From the IMG/VR virus record IMGVR_UViG_3300000976_000006, positions 1 to 43,146 of that record: a stretch of 43,146 nt of DNA; one strand, 5' to 3'. The stretch comes from a virus. The position numbers and the translations under genes were made by a program. The notes under the pieces were generated by a model. The model did no database searches. It saw only the letters and a program-made list of their open reading frames with translations, and was not told where the DNA came from. Positions 31,916-41,910 of the stretch are shown in pieces (within the stretch, counting starts at the first letter, position 1; each line of letters begins with the position of its first letter).

Positions 31916-33574
31916 CTAGATGTCGTCTACTCGTTGGGTGTTTACCTGACCGCCAACCCCTGGATAGGCGATGAACACATTTTCAAACGGAACGATCGGG
32001 GTTGCCCCTCCGTCTCTAACTCGCACAACATAGTTGGTGTTTGCAGTGATGTCGACTTGAGCTGATTCAGTCACCGCAGCTGCCAGCGTATCGATGTACG
32101 AAACGAAACCGGTTTGTGCGGTTGTTATTGTATCTGCACTGAAGTCTGTGGCTGCCAGTGTGAACGTGTCTACACCGTTGTGTGATAGGTACTCAATTCT
32201 AACCCATCGGCCAGAGTCAGATTGGAGTCTGATTGTTCCAGCCGGTGGAGCATCTGTAGGAACAGCATCTACAACGACGGCTGTTTCGGCTGCGGTTGTT
32301 AAGTCGACAGACAAAGACATTTGAGCAACGTTAAGCTCTCCGGCCAATTCAGGGCCGACCAAAACATAATCTTCACCAACAACAAGGTTGTTAACGTCAA
32401 TCTGTCCAGGCATCGGAGGTGCAACAACAATGTTGCCTTGAAGGTCAACGAGAGAATCTCCGACCGCAAGGTAAGATTCAACAATTCCGAGACCGTATGC
32501 GCCCTCGAGGTTTGTTGCACCAGAAAGGTTGCCGGCAAAAACGTTGCTGACTGGCTTTGATTCAACCGTGTCAATTGTAGCTGTTGCGGTTGCGCCTGTG
32601 ATTGAGTCACCGTTCGCGCCGGGTGTTCCTCCTGTTAGGAGTTGGACCCAGAGATTGCCGGTGCCATCGTCAGCCAACACAATAGCCTCAGCGCCATTCG
32701 CGAAAGTGACCACTTCGTTTTGCACGAAAGCATTCGCTAGGCCAGTGTAAGCGATTTGGTGGGTTATGCCCCTGAACAACTCACCCTGGATTCCGTACAA
32801 GCTAACGCCTGATCCCATTGACTGAATGGCTTGAGAATAGGCATAGAAGTCCGCGATGCTTGCTGTGGTTAGGTCCCAGTTTGAATAGTAGAACTCACCG
32901 ACCCCATCCCCGGAAACGTCGATAGCATTGTATCCTTCGTTCAAGTTTGTGATTTGTGCTGACAACGCCAGCGCAGTCGCCAATGGCACCGCTGATGTGA
33001 TTGGGTCGACAAACGAACTCAAAGGAACAATTGTGCACCCAGCTGCGCCAATTGCGTCAAAGTCAGAGTAGGTGTAGCCATAGTCTCTGGTTTGAAAGTG
33101 AACCCTCTTGCCGTCAATGTCAGCGCCTGCGTCTCTAACCTTGATAAGCATCCTTGATACGATGCCCATGGTTGGGTCTGCATTTACACCTACCCCTCCC
33201 CACCAGTCAGGCGCAATCAAGGCTCCGTTTTGGACAGCTTGGATTGTGTTTCCGTTTAGTGTTCCAACGATGTCGAAGCCTGCGTAAAGGACATCACCGT
33301 TTTCCTGCTCGATGCTTCCGCCGTAAAGTTGGTTTGCTAAAACATCATCGATGTTAAAATTTCCAAGAAGTTTAATTTCCTTGTCGTTGATTCGCTCCGA
33401 TGGATTTTCGAAAACGATTGACTGAAAATCGTCACTGCCTGTCATCATGGATGGGTCGTCTGCAAGGTCCTGCAGGAGCCTGTGAAGCTCAAGTACGGTG
33501 CCTGTGTTTGTTGTGCCGGTGAAACGAATGTCTCCGTTTGCGGCTATTGAAATGTCTGCTGCTACTAATGCCAT
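31916..33574 (-). CDS. tail fibre/spike-associated protein (552 aa)
   Basis: Long Gly/Ala/Val/Thr-rich ORF in the distal tail module. Confidence 0.5.
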   Translation of the reverse strand: MALVAADISIAANGDIRFTGTTNTGTVLELHRLLQDLADDPSMMTGSDDFQSIVFENPSERINDKEIKLLGNFNIDDVLANQLYGGSIEQENGDVLYAGFDIVGTLNGNTIQAVQNGALIAPDWWGGVGVNADPTMGIVSRMLIKVRDAGADIDGKRVHFQTRDYGYTYSDFDAIGAAGCTIVPLSSFVDPITSAVPLATALALSAQITNLNEGYNAIDVSGDGVGEFYYSNWDLTTASIADFYAYSQAIQSMGSGVSLYGIQGELFRGITHQIAYTGLANAFVQNEVVTFANGAEAIVLADDGTGNLWVQLLTGGTPGANGDSITGATATATIDTVESKPVSNVFAGNLSGATNLEGAYGLGIVESYLAVGDSLVDLQGNIVVAPPMPGQIDVNNLVVGEDYVLVGPELAGELNVAQMSLSVDLTTAAETAVVVDAVPTDAPPAGTIRLQSDSGRWVRIEYLSHNGVDTFTLAATDFSADTITTAQTGFVSYIDTLAAAVTESAQVDITANTNYVVRVRDGGATPIVPFENVFIAYPGVGGQVNTQRVDDI

Positions 33575-33590
33575 AATTACCTATCTCCCC

Positions 33591-33866
33591 TTAGAATTTG
33601 ATCTTTAATTTTCCCATTACTGAATACTCAAGTTTGTTTCTCTGGCCCTCTTTTGAAAAGGTTCCAATCCGACCTCGAAGGGCCGCGTCAAGATTTCTGG
33701 ATATTCTGCGCTCCATGGAAACTCCAGCACCCGCACGAAATCCGTCGTCAACCCGACTAGCAAATCCGGAGATGCTAGCCCCTCCTCGTCCCATAATCTC
33801 GGACGTAGTGTCTTCCCATCTATCGGGCAAAGATAGGTTGAGTGGACCGGTGATTTTTCCGGCCAT
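33591..33866 (-). CDS. hypothetical 91-aa protein with an OMP-like C-terminal beta-signal (…YSVMGKLKIKF)
   Basis: Alternating hydrophobic pattern ending in Phe, with an AAGGG RBS. No signal peptide. Confidence 0.4.
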   Translation of the reverse strand: MAGKITGPLNLSLPDRWEDTTSEIMGRGGASISGFASRVDDGFRAGAGVSMERRISRNLDAALRGRIGTFSKEGQRNKLEYSVMGKLKIKF

Positions 33867-33889
33867 GCCCTTCGCTTTAGCCCCATTCT

Positions 33890-34141
33890 CTATAAGGTTT
33901 CGGGCTTTTTTTCGATTACTTGGTGGACCTCTTTTAATCCTTCAACGGCAATCTTTTCTTTTTCCTTTGCAAAGTCTGCAAGACCTACGCCAACGATGAA
34001 AGTCGACACCAATCCAATTGCCTGGAGCGCTTGTTGCTCACTGATGCCTACGCCCAAAAGACTTGCCAGCCAAACCAATCCGCCCACAAGGAACGCCACA
34101 TTTTTCTTACTGCCCAATAGTTTTTTAATAAGTGCTTTCAT
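33890..34141 (-). CDS. two-TM small membrane protein, holin candidate (83 aa)
   Basis: Hydrophobic segments VAFLVGGLVWLASLLGVGI and AIGLVSTFIVGVGLADF, with a charged C-terminus. ATGA coupling to the upstream ORF. Confidence 0.5.
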   Translation of the reverse strand: MKALIKKLLGSKKNVAFLVGGLVWLASLLGVGISEQQALQAIGLVSTFIVGVGLADFAKEKEKIAVEGLKEVHQVIEKKPETL

Positions 34142-34479
34142 TTTCTCCCCCTCCGTCTTCTTGAAAACTTAATTTCTTCTTTTATCTCATCCACCGATTT
34201 GTTTATCTCATTAAGCTTTACGCCGTTTCTGTCGATGCGCTTTTCTAGCTCTATCGAAACCTTTATGTACTCGCGTTGGTCTTCTCTCAGCTCGGATACA
34301 ACTTTTTTATTCTGCTCTAAGCCGTTAATGTTTGCGTCAATCTTCTTCTCGACTGCCAAGTATGTGCCTGACATCGCGACAAGAATTGCCACAACCGTCC
34401 GAAGGAACTCTGATGTGTTCATCCCCAGTATCTTTCCGTCTTCATCTTTATTCACTACGGTGTCCCCTCGTTCGGCCAA
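34138..34479 (-). CDS. single-TM protein with a coiled-coil C-terminal domain (i-spanin-like topology, up to 113 aa)
   Basis: TM segment TVVAILVAMSGTYLAV followed by a charged heptad-rich region. The start is ambiguous (TTG 34479, GTG 34455, ATG 34422). Confidence 0.5.
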   Translation of the reverse strand: MAERGDTVVNKDEDGKILGMNTSEFLRTVVAILVAMSGTYLAVEKKIDANINGLEQNKKVVSELREDQREYIKVSIELEKRIDRNGVKLNEINKSVDEIKEEIKFSRRRRGRK

Positions 34480-35498
34480 AGTCCTATCCCCCTAATCTGT
34501 GCCGTGCCGGCTCCCGTAACCCACGCTTGCAGGTCAACCTTTGTTTCGCCATTGAAGGTTATGTCGTGGAATGTTGAGTTGGCGAAAAGTGCCCCGCTAT
34601 GAACCACTGAAAGCAGCGTGCCGGATGCGGTCTGAAGTCTTACGTTTAGCTGTGCTGTGCCAGTGGTGTCTGCAGCTATTCCTAGTTCAAGCCTTAAGGG
34701 ACGACGTCTTCTTGCTAGATTTGTGAAGTCCAAGGTGTGTCCAATGGATTGAGCGTTGGCAACGGTTGAACCATCGTAAACGTTTGTCGGTGTTGTGGCT
34801 GAGATCGTCCTAACCCTGAGCGGTGAGTACTGCATCAGGTGGCCGGCGTTAGAGGAGAATAGGTCTGCCCCTTGTTGAATGGTTTGGCTTATATCAAAAT
34901 CTCTAATCTGTGCGTCTCTTTCGAACACAGTTGGATTTGACGCACCCATCATGTCAGACTCCAAGACTTCGTCGTGGAGCTCGTAAACCATCGCGCTCCA
35001 TATGCGAACATTGCCTAGGCCGGCCAGAACTCCCCTGTAAAGCTCGCCGGGCAGAACGTCTAGGGTAAGCTCAGCCCTGATGATATCCTGTGAAAATGCG
35101 GGCACGCTTGGAGACGTTGTATCAGTTGCCGGCGATAGTATTGTTCCTGATGTGGCGCCTCCGCCGCTTACTGGATCCAAGAACATTTGAACGTTGGGGT
35201 TTGATATGTCTACCTCTGTTCTGGGTGCCAGATAGAAAACGCCTCGAACCCTAGTGGTTAAAATCCCCGCCCTAAACATGAACGTTGAAAGGATAGCGTT
35301 CTCGCCCATGGATGGTGCCGGAACGTTGTTGACCGGAAAGTGTTTACAGAACACCATCTTTCGCATACGTGCCGCCACGATGCTTTGACCTGCAGAAATC
35401 GCGCGATAGTCACTCGATTCGGGAAACAGTGTGTTACGGGCAAATCTGCTCTCAATAGACGGCGCTGGCACGGTCGCTGGGTGTGAAATCTTAGGCAA
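34455..35498 (-). CDS. hypothetical tail protein (347 aa)
   Basis: It overlaps the end of the tip-protein gene by 8 nt. No motif recognised. Confidence 0.55.
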   Translation of the reverse strand: MPKISHPATVPAPSIESRFARNTLFPESSDYRAISAGQSIVAARMRKMVFCKHFPVNNVPAPSMGENAILSTFMFRAGILTTRVRGVFYLAPRTEVDISNPNVQMFLDPVSGGGATSGTILSPATDTTSPSVPAFSQDIIRAELTLDVLPGELYRGVLAGLGNVRIWSAMVYELHDEVLESDMMGASNPTVFERDAQIRDFDISQTIQQGADLFSSNAGHLMQYSPLRVRTISATTPTNVYDGSTVANAQSIGHTLDFTNLARRRRPLRLELGIAADTTGTAQLNVRLQTASGTLLSVVHSGALFANSTFHDITFNGETKVDLQAWVTGAGTAQIRGIGLWPNEGTP

Positions 35499-38400
35499 GA
35501 CCTGTTGCTCCTAATGCAAGTTTTGAGAATCCCCAGAACCTTAAGTTTCCTTGGACAGACACCGTAATCCAAGTGGTGTTTGTGTCGTGAGACGACCTTA
35601 TAGGAACCAGGGTTTGCGTCGGGTGGACTTGAGTCGTAGGTATGGCGGTTTGGAAGGTTACCGACTGGTCAGTGTCGCCAAAGTAAAAGTCATCCCAGCT
35701 GCCGTTAACATTTGCAGGTGGGTTCGCTGACGAATGTACAGTGACTCGAGCGAAACCTCCAAGGCTTTGAAACTGAGGGGCAATTTGAAGCTTTCTTACT
35801 CTTATACCGCTCATTCTGGCGGTGCCAATATAAAAAGGGAATGAGTAAAGAACGGTTTGTGATGGCGCGCTAATCGTATCGCCACCGTCTTGCATATTCA
35901 TAGTCTGATTTACGCAACGGTAGTTAACCAGGTTGTTAAGATTCCTGTGACCTATCGCTGAAAGGTGTGGGTGCAAAGATTTTCCGTCGCCAAACCACTC
36001 ATCGTTATGATTCTCTGCTGGAAGGTTGAAGTCTGGAAACGAAAAGTTAGTAAAGCTTTGGTTCCCGTATAGATTAGCTTCTATCTCGTCCTGGATCAGA
36101 TCGTCGTTGATGTCTGCCTGAAACGCGAATAGCTTTTGATCTGGATTGGTTGTCAAATAATCTGCGTATGTGATCACGTACTCAGATCCTGGCGAATAAG
36201 CTGGATTACCCAACGCTCCAAAACCATCCGCAAGTCCAATAAATGGAGGTGTTGTATTGATGCCAATGGATGCTATCTGGTCCTCAAAGGAAACGCCGCC
36301 CGATGGGTTGCTTGGGTTCCTCTGTGTGACCCTAACCTTGTCGCCAACTTTAAAGCTTAGCCCGTCCTCTGGGTCAGTTGTTAGACTGTACTCGTGATTC
36401 AAAAGAGCAAGCTGACCCGTTGCCAGGTTTAGCCCCCCAGACCACAGGCCCCCCGAAAAATTTGCGTCAGTTGCTACGGACGGAGCTAGCTGAAAATAAC
36501 GATCATCTTCGGTAAAAAGTACCTCTATTGTTCCATTGGCAGTTTGCGCCCCGGCTGAAACTCCTAAGTTCCAAGACGTGGATAAGACTGTTGCACCCCT
36601 GGACTGCACACCCCGTCTGCCACTCGTTGGATTTCTTACAAAAGAGTCGGAGAATGAAACGGTGTCACCAGGCGCGGCTAGAAAAATATTATGCGATACA
36701 GAGCGGCGCCATCTTTTCACAGGACGAGCAAGCGGTGGTATGAGCCTAGATCCTATTATGTTTCTTAGATGCTCCACCGAAGTGCCGTTGCCGTGCTCGG
36801 CTCTAAGGATGTTTCTGGCTTTAATGGTTAAAGGCTTTGATGGTCCGTAGGTTTCACGGCTTGCAATGTCAACTATGATCTCAGGCTCTGCGTAATTATC
36901 AGTGCCGTCTAAGGTTCTAGAGTGCTCCAGCTTTACGGTATTTATTAAAAATTCTTTAGTGTGGTTTGTTATTGTCTGTTGGCTCTGTCCTGGCTGGTCA
37001 CTTTTATTGAATTCTCCAAGCGTCCAATCTGCCGTGTTAGCTGACGGTGTCTGTAGTGATCCAACTCTAAGTCCTCCGTCTTTCCAGACGATAAATGCTG
37101 CCCTAAGCATGAGGTCAGCTTTGATCGCGTCCCATAGTTTTACAGGCTCCTCAATCACAACGGTTAGCGCATCGTCGTTGGTTGTCTGCTCAATATCTCG
37201 AAGCGAATCCAACCAACCATCTCCAAGTAGCGACCAAGGGATTCCTGCTCCCCAAGGCAGAATATCGAGAGCATGGTTAACACCATTTCCACTCACGGAA
37301 CAAAATAAAGCCGTCAGTATGTCGCTGAAGCTGCCGCTAAGTAAAATGACCTGCCTAATTCTAACCTCTTCATCCAAGAAGCGAGTCTCGGATTCTTCGA
37401 CCTCTGCGGTGCCTAGGATTCCATCTGTTACAACAATGTTTAAAATTTGGTCGCCAGTATATTGGCCAAAAAAGAATTTATCCTGAGACTGAAAGTAGCC
37501 CCACCTGCCTCCGGACACTGCGTGCTGTCGGGCTGCGTCCGGCAAGTATTCGGTGTTATCAAAGAATTGCCCCTGCTGGTCAGATAAGACAATCCTTGAG
37601 TTTCTACCTACAAGCGATGTTGTGGTCGCCTCTCTGATCGGCTCCCTGGCAATCGCTACAAAGTTGTTTGCCCCAAGGTCTGACAAGTCGAGGTTATTGC
37701 CCCTCAGCTGCGACGGGGTGAACCCAAAGGCTCCAAAGTCATGAGGGTCCCTGACCGTAAAAACAATCCTTCTAGGAAGAATCAGGTCTGCAACCGTGGT
37801 TGACGATATCCTAACAACCTGATTGTCTCCAGATGTCGTATAAGAAATTGACCATTGAAAGTCACTGAGGTTTGGATCTCCGTTTAGCCAAACCAAGAGA
37901 AACCGGATAACTTCTTCCACTTCATAGCATCCGGCCGGCCTCTCATGATCTCCACCTGCTGGCACATCTTTGAATCTGAATGCGTTGGCGTTGGTTATAA
38001 ATGTGTCGCCTACGGCAACGTCTGGGTTTCTTAGGACGATCGAAACGTTCATCAGCCAACCGTCGGGGAAATAAAGACCTGATTTAGGGCGTCCTGACCA
38101 CGCGTTTTCTCCTAGGGTTGCATCTTCAACCAAAGACCTTATCTCGATAAGTTCAATGACAGTCGCACCGTCACCGTCTTCGCCAATGTTATCTATGGTG
38201 CCAGCGAAAAGAAGCTCTGCTTCTTCGTTGGTATCCCATACGCCTTCGGGAGAAACCTCATGAACATATAGAGCACATTTTGCTCCCGTCCAGCTCCGCT
38301 TACTCGTTGACGCGCATACAGTCCCAATAGTGTTCAGGGTTGAGATGTTGTTTGACGCAATGGCGGATCCAGCGCCTGGGAATGCAAAATCGTTGCCCGT

Positions 38401-38895
38401 GTCAGTGGAGAAAGGTGACAATACGCCTGATGAGTCGGCGTCTATCATTATTTCATTTGTGGCCGGGTTGGTTGAATTAAAGTCGTATGCTGTGTTCCCA
38501 ATGAAAACTCTGCCTGCAGCCCCTAGCGATCCAGTCAAAGTTTTAACTTTTATAGATGTAGGCGTGTGGGTAGGTTCAAAGTCAACCGTAAGCTCACTTT
38601 CAAAGTCAGGCTTGCTCTTGAAGATGTCGCGGCCAAACTGATCAGTCTCCTCTGGGAGGACTCGAACCCTCATTGTCGGGACGTCTAAATCGTTTTGGAA
38701 TGGCCGGAAGCTTTGTGTAAAGTTGCCTGAAACTTCTAATCCCGGTAAACTTTTTTTGAATGGCGAGCCGCTCCAGGCCGATACACAGCGTGCCGGGTCG
38801 CCATTTGTCAGGATATATTCGTAACCTTCGAGTACCAAACTGAAGGCGATTTTCATACCTTGTTTGGTTAACAATGCGTCGCGAGTCGTCCCCAT
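35491..38895 (-). CDS. tail tip / central fibre protein (Tal or gpJ-like, 1134 aa)
   Basis: It is the second gene after the tape measure. Size and position match siphovirus tip/host-specificity proteins. Confidence 0.65.
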   Translation of the reverse strand: MGTTRDALLTKQGMKIAFSLVLEGYEYILTNGDPARCVSAWSGSPFKKSLPGLEVSGNFTQSFRPFQNDLDVPTMRVRVLPEETDQFGRDIFKSKPDFESELTVDFEPTHTPTSIKVKTLTGSLGAAGRVFIGNTAYDFNSTNPATNEIMIDADSSGVLSPFSTDTGNDFAFPGAGSAIASNNISTLNTIGTVCASTSKRSWTGAKCALYVHEVSPEGVWDTNEEAELLFAGTIDNIGEDGDGATVIELIEIRSLVEDATLGENAWSGRPKSGLYFPDGWLMNVSIVLRNPDVAVGDTFITNANAFRFKDVPAGGDHERPAGCYEVEEVIRFLLVWLNGDPNLSDFQWSISYTTSGDNQVVRISSTTVADLILPRRIVFTVRDPHDFGAFGFTPSQLRGNNLDLSDLGANNFVAIAREPIREATTTSLVGRNSRIVLSDQQGQFFDNTEYLPDAARQHAVSGGRWGYFQSQDKFFFGQYTGDQILNIVVTDGILGTAEVEESETRFLDEEVRIRQVILLSGSFSDILTALFCSVSGNGVNHALDILPWGAGIPWSLLGDGWLDSLRDIEQTTNDDALTVVIEEPVKLWDAIKADLMLRAAFIVWKDGGLRVGSLQTPSANTADWTLGEFNKSDQPGQSQQTITNHTKEFLINTVKLEHSRTLDGTDNYAEPEIIVDIASRETYGPSKPLTIKARNILRAEHGNGTSVEHLRNIIGSRLIPPLARPVKRWRRSVSHNIFLAAPGDTVSFSDSFVRNPTSGRRGVQSRGATVLSTSWNLGVSAGAQTANGTIEVLFTEDDRYFQLAPSVATDANFSGGLWSGGLNLATGQLALLNHEYSLTTDPEDGLSFKVGDKVRVTQRNPSNPSGGVSFEDQIASIGINTTPPFIGLADGFGALGNPAYSPGSEYVITYADYLTTNPDQKLFAFQADINDDLIQDEIEANLYGNQSFTNFSFPDFNLPAENHNDEWFGDGKSLHPHLSAIGHRNLNNLVNYRCVNQTMNMQDGGDTISAPSQTVLYSFPFYIGTARMSGIRVRKLQIAPQFQSLGGFARVTVHSSANPPANVNGSWDDFYFGDTDQSVTFQTAIPTTQVHPTQTLVPIRSSHDTNTTWITVSVQGNLRFWGFSKLALGATGLA

Positions 38896-38896
38896 G

Positions 38897-39700
38897 CTAT
38901 GCGTAAACTCCTGACCTTAATTCCTCAGGCAAGAGAACAAGCCTTGGAACCCTGAATCGATATAAGCCAGCCCAGCCTCTTGTGACCTGCTCTGGTCTGA
39001 ACGTCCTCAAGCCCACAACGTAGTAGCTCCCGAACTTGTTAAGAGTGTTTGCATCTTGGTGCCATCTCACGGGCCCCCCCGGGCTACTTCCAACTCCGTC
39101 ACCGGCAATTGCATGCAAAAAGAAACGTTCGAAAGATTCTCCTGGGACATTTTCGTGGGCAATCCATGTCCTGCATCCCCGAACCGCATCAAATTGCAGC
39201 TCCATAGTCATCTTTCTTTCACCTACCAGGCTGAACACATCGCCTCTCGGACTTTCATTTTGGTGCATGTCGACTTCTGGAATCCCTCGCCAATCTTCAG
39301 AATGAGCAAGAGTTACGGGGCAAGCGCCTGGGAACCAAAGGCTCTGTGGCACTGATTGCGAGGTGTGATTGTTGTTTCCCGCTAGATTTCCCTGCGTAAA
39401 TCCCAGGAGGTTTGGCAAGTCAGCCCCTATCCAGTCAATCCCGAAGTTAGCTACACCAATAGCAATAACCTCAATCTGACCAGTAGCAGTATTGAGTGTG
39501 ACCGAATAGGTTCCGTTCCCGGCCGCATTCAACTCGTTTTCAAAAGCAGTCAATAAAGGTTGAACACCCCCGGGCGCCTGCGTGGATAAATAATAAACGC
39601 CAGAGTTTACCTGGACCGGGGCAACGAAAGCGCCGTTTTCGTTTAACCTAAAGGTTTGCCCAGACGTAAGCGTTATTCTTCCTTGTAACATTCCGCTCAT
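38897..39700 (-). CDS. distal tail protein (Dit-like) candidate (267 aa)
   Basis: It lies immediately downstream of the tape measure. The call is by synteny only. Confidence 0.5.
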   Translation of the reverse strand: MSGMLQGRITLTSGQTFRLNENGAFVAPVQVNSGVYYLSTQAPGGVQPLLTAFENELNAAGNGTYSVTLNTATGQIEVIAIGVANFGIDWIGADLPNLLGFTQGNLAGNNNHTSQSVPQSLWFPGACPVTLAHSEDWRGIPEVDMHQNESPRGDVFSLVGERKMTMELQFDAVRGCRTWIAHENVPGESFERFFLHAIAGDGVGSSPGGPVRWHQDANTLNKFGSYYVVGLRTFRPEQVTRGWAGLYRFRVPRLVLLPEELRSGVYA

Positions 39701-41908
39701 TTAAGTTCTTTCGATCACGTCCCCTTCGAACGTCAAACCTGCTCGACGACCGCTCTCTCTAAATTCAGAAATCCTTTGCCTGGCAGGCTTGTCTGTGAAG
39801 CTTTCTCCCAGCAAGAACACTGTCGTTCTCGGTCCACCATCTTCGGTGTTTGGCCCACTATCGAGTCCGCTAAGTTCAGGGGCGTTGTTGCCCTGTTGTT
39901 CATCTGGTCGCCCGCCGCCGCCGCCGCCAACTCTACTAGCCGTGCTTCCAAGTAGTGCTGCCAGGCCAAACATGCCTGCCGATGCAGCTGCGTAACCGGC
40001 GCCACTACCAAAATTGCCGCCCGCAAAACTAGCAAGTGATAGGGCTGCATAAAAAGAGCCTCTTGCCGCCGCTTCTTCGCCTAGGCCGCTTAAAACAGCC
40101 GCTCCTGTTTGGCGTAAAGTTTCTTCAACGCTCAGCTCTCCGCCGATGATACCGTCCAAGGCAGCAGCAGCGACGTTCCCGAGAGACATGTAAGCTAGCT
40201 CTGTTGCTGCCAACAGGTCTGGTCTTTCGGCGATGACTGCGTTTACCATTCGCTCGTTAATTAGATTCTGGTCCACGCCGGTTCCGGCAAAGAAAACCTC
40301 GCCCTGCCCTTCGGCTTGTGGTGTCGCATTTAACGCCTGTTGTATGCTCGACTGAAGGTTTTCGAACGCTTGAGAATCTGCAGCAAACTCGACTTGTTGA
40401 ACCAGCGTCCGACCTTCAAACATATCTAGAACTTCTTGATACTCGCGCCTTGCTTGCTCAAGCTCTAGGCGAAGCGCTAGTCCTTCTTCGCTAATGCCTG
40501 TTGAGCCATCGCCAAACTGGGCAAGCGCATCGTTTATGACCGCGATGTTTTGTTCTATTTGCCCAAAAGCATCTACACCTAAATCTGCTAGCGTTGAGAG
40601 AGAGTCTGGGTCTAGGAGTCTACCAATGTCGCGGCTAATGTCGCTGAACGCCTGTTCGGTTGCTTCACGCCTGGCGGTTTCGATTCCTTCGATTAGTGCG
40701 AGTTCTTCACGTCTTAATCTTTCACGCTCCCTGAATGCTTCTCGGTCACGATTACGCCTTGTTCGACGACCTCTTGACCTGGCCATTGCAGCTTGGTCTA
40801 TGGCTCTTTGCTCGTCTGCAAAATCAGCAACTCTCAGTGCAGCGATCTCCTCGAAGGCTGCATTTGCATCGGTTACTCTTTGGTCCGCTCGGTCCTGGTT
40901 TCGGATGTCTCTAAGTCGCCTGAACTCTGCGTCATTTTGGCGCTCCAGCTCTCCTAAGAGGACCGAAAGTGCCCCCTCTTGCTCTCTAAGTGCCGCGATG
41001 TTTTGCTCGAGTGTTATTCGACCAATACCGGCCCGCGTTTCTTGTAATCTGGCCTCGGCCTCTGTGAGTTGTTCTTGAACCACAAGACGCTCTTCGAAGA
41101 TCCTCTGGGCTTCGTCTGCAACTGTCTGAGAGATGCCAGAGGTTTCAATGATGCCTGGAAGCTCAAGGAGCTGCTCTGCAAAGCTGGCGATATCGGCTAG
41201 AACGGGTCCCAGCTCGTTTGCTAGCGACCCTATAACATTCTGAAGTCGGCGGAGTGAATTTGCCAGGCTAACTTGAGCCCTTTGAGCGTCGTCTGTTGCC
41301 CCTTCGAAGTTGCTGCCAACCTCAGCGACGACCCCGTTGAGTTCTTGAAATACAGCGGTCTGGCCTTCGATTACTGAGTTGACGTCTCTTGCTGCAATTC
41401 CATACTGCTCAAGGGGCCCAGTTGACCCGGTCCGGTACGCTTCCCCGACATCGTTTAACGCCTGGGTAAGGTCAACTCCAAAGCGTCTGCTGAGAGCAAG
41501 GGCTTGAGCCGCCGCGTCTGCGTTCTGTTCTGTTGAGAGCGCCTGCTCCCCATTAAGTGTTTGCTGGGAAAATCTGAGAAGGTCGACATTGGTGACTAGC
41601 CCCTCTGTGGCAACCCTTAAAGACTCAACTTCAGCACCCTGGACCGATGCCGCTAGCGCCGCGTCCTCGCGAAAAGCCTGAAAGCTAACCGCTACGACTC
41701 CCGCAGCAATCGTGACTGCTCCGAGGGCAAGAGCCATCTTATCCACAGTGCCGGTCAAGGTTCCTGTGGCGTCGTTCTCCATCGTCAAATTGTTCAGAGA
41801 CTGCTGAGACCTGGCTTGCTCTTGGCGCCCCAGATTCTCAATAGCCGCCGCATGCTGCGAAGTGTTCGCAGTGTAGTTGGTCATGACTGTGGTGGAGATA
41901 CTGGGCAT
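39701..41908 (-). CDS. tape measure protein (735 aa)
   Basis: Long Ala/Glu/Leu/Arg-rich helical sequence, a hydrophobic Gly/Ala-rich C-terminal part and a GGGGG run. It follows the G/T chaperone pair. Confidence 0.8.
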   Translation of the reverse strand: MPSISTTVMTNYTANTSQHAAAIENLGRQEQARSQQSLNNLTMENDATGTLTGTVDKMALALGAVTIAAGVVAVSFQAFREDAALAASVQGAEVESLRVATEGLVTNVDLLRFSQQTLNGEQALSTEQNADAAAQALALSRRFGVDLTQALNDVGEAYRTGSTGPLEQYGIAARDVNSVIEGQTAVFQELNGVVAEVGSNFEGATDDAQRAQVSLANSLRRLQNVIGSLANELGPVLADIASFAEQLLELPGIIETSGISQTVADEAQRIFEERLVVQEQLTEAEARLQETRAGIGRITLEQNIAALREQEGALSVLLGELERQNDAEFRRLRDIRNQDRADQRVTDANAAFEEIAALRVADFADEQRAIDQAAMARSRGRRTRRNRDREAFRERERLRREELALIEGIETARREATEQAFSDISRDIGRLLDPDSLSTLADLGVDAFGQIEQNIAVINDALAQFGDGSTGISEEGLALRLELEQARREYQEVLDMFEGRTLVQQVEFAADSQAFENLQSSIQQALNATPQAEGQGEVFFAGTGVDQNLINERMVNAVIAERPDLLAATELAYMSLGNVAAAALDGIIGGELSVEETLRQTGAAVLSGLGEEAAARGSFYAALSLASFAGGNFGSGAGYAAASAGMFGLAALLGSTASRVGGGGGGRPDEQQGNNAPELSGLDSGPNTEDGGPRTTVFLLGESFTDKPARQRISEFRESGRRAGLTFEGDVIERT

Positions 41909-41910
41909 GA

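Noticed and set aside
33617-33886. Alternative 89-aa ORF in another frame over the 91-aa gene
   Set aside because: It has no RBS and a Pro/Arg/Leu-rich shadow-like composition. The 33591..33866 frame has an RBS and a coherent beta-strand pattern.
39911-39928. Trinucleotide run (CGC/GCC)n
   Set aside because: It is in frame inside the tape measure gene and simply encodes the GGGGG(G) run. There is no evidence for phase variation, since slippage would stay in frame.
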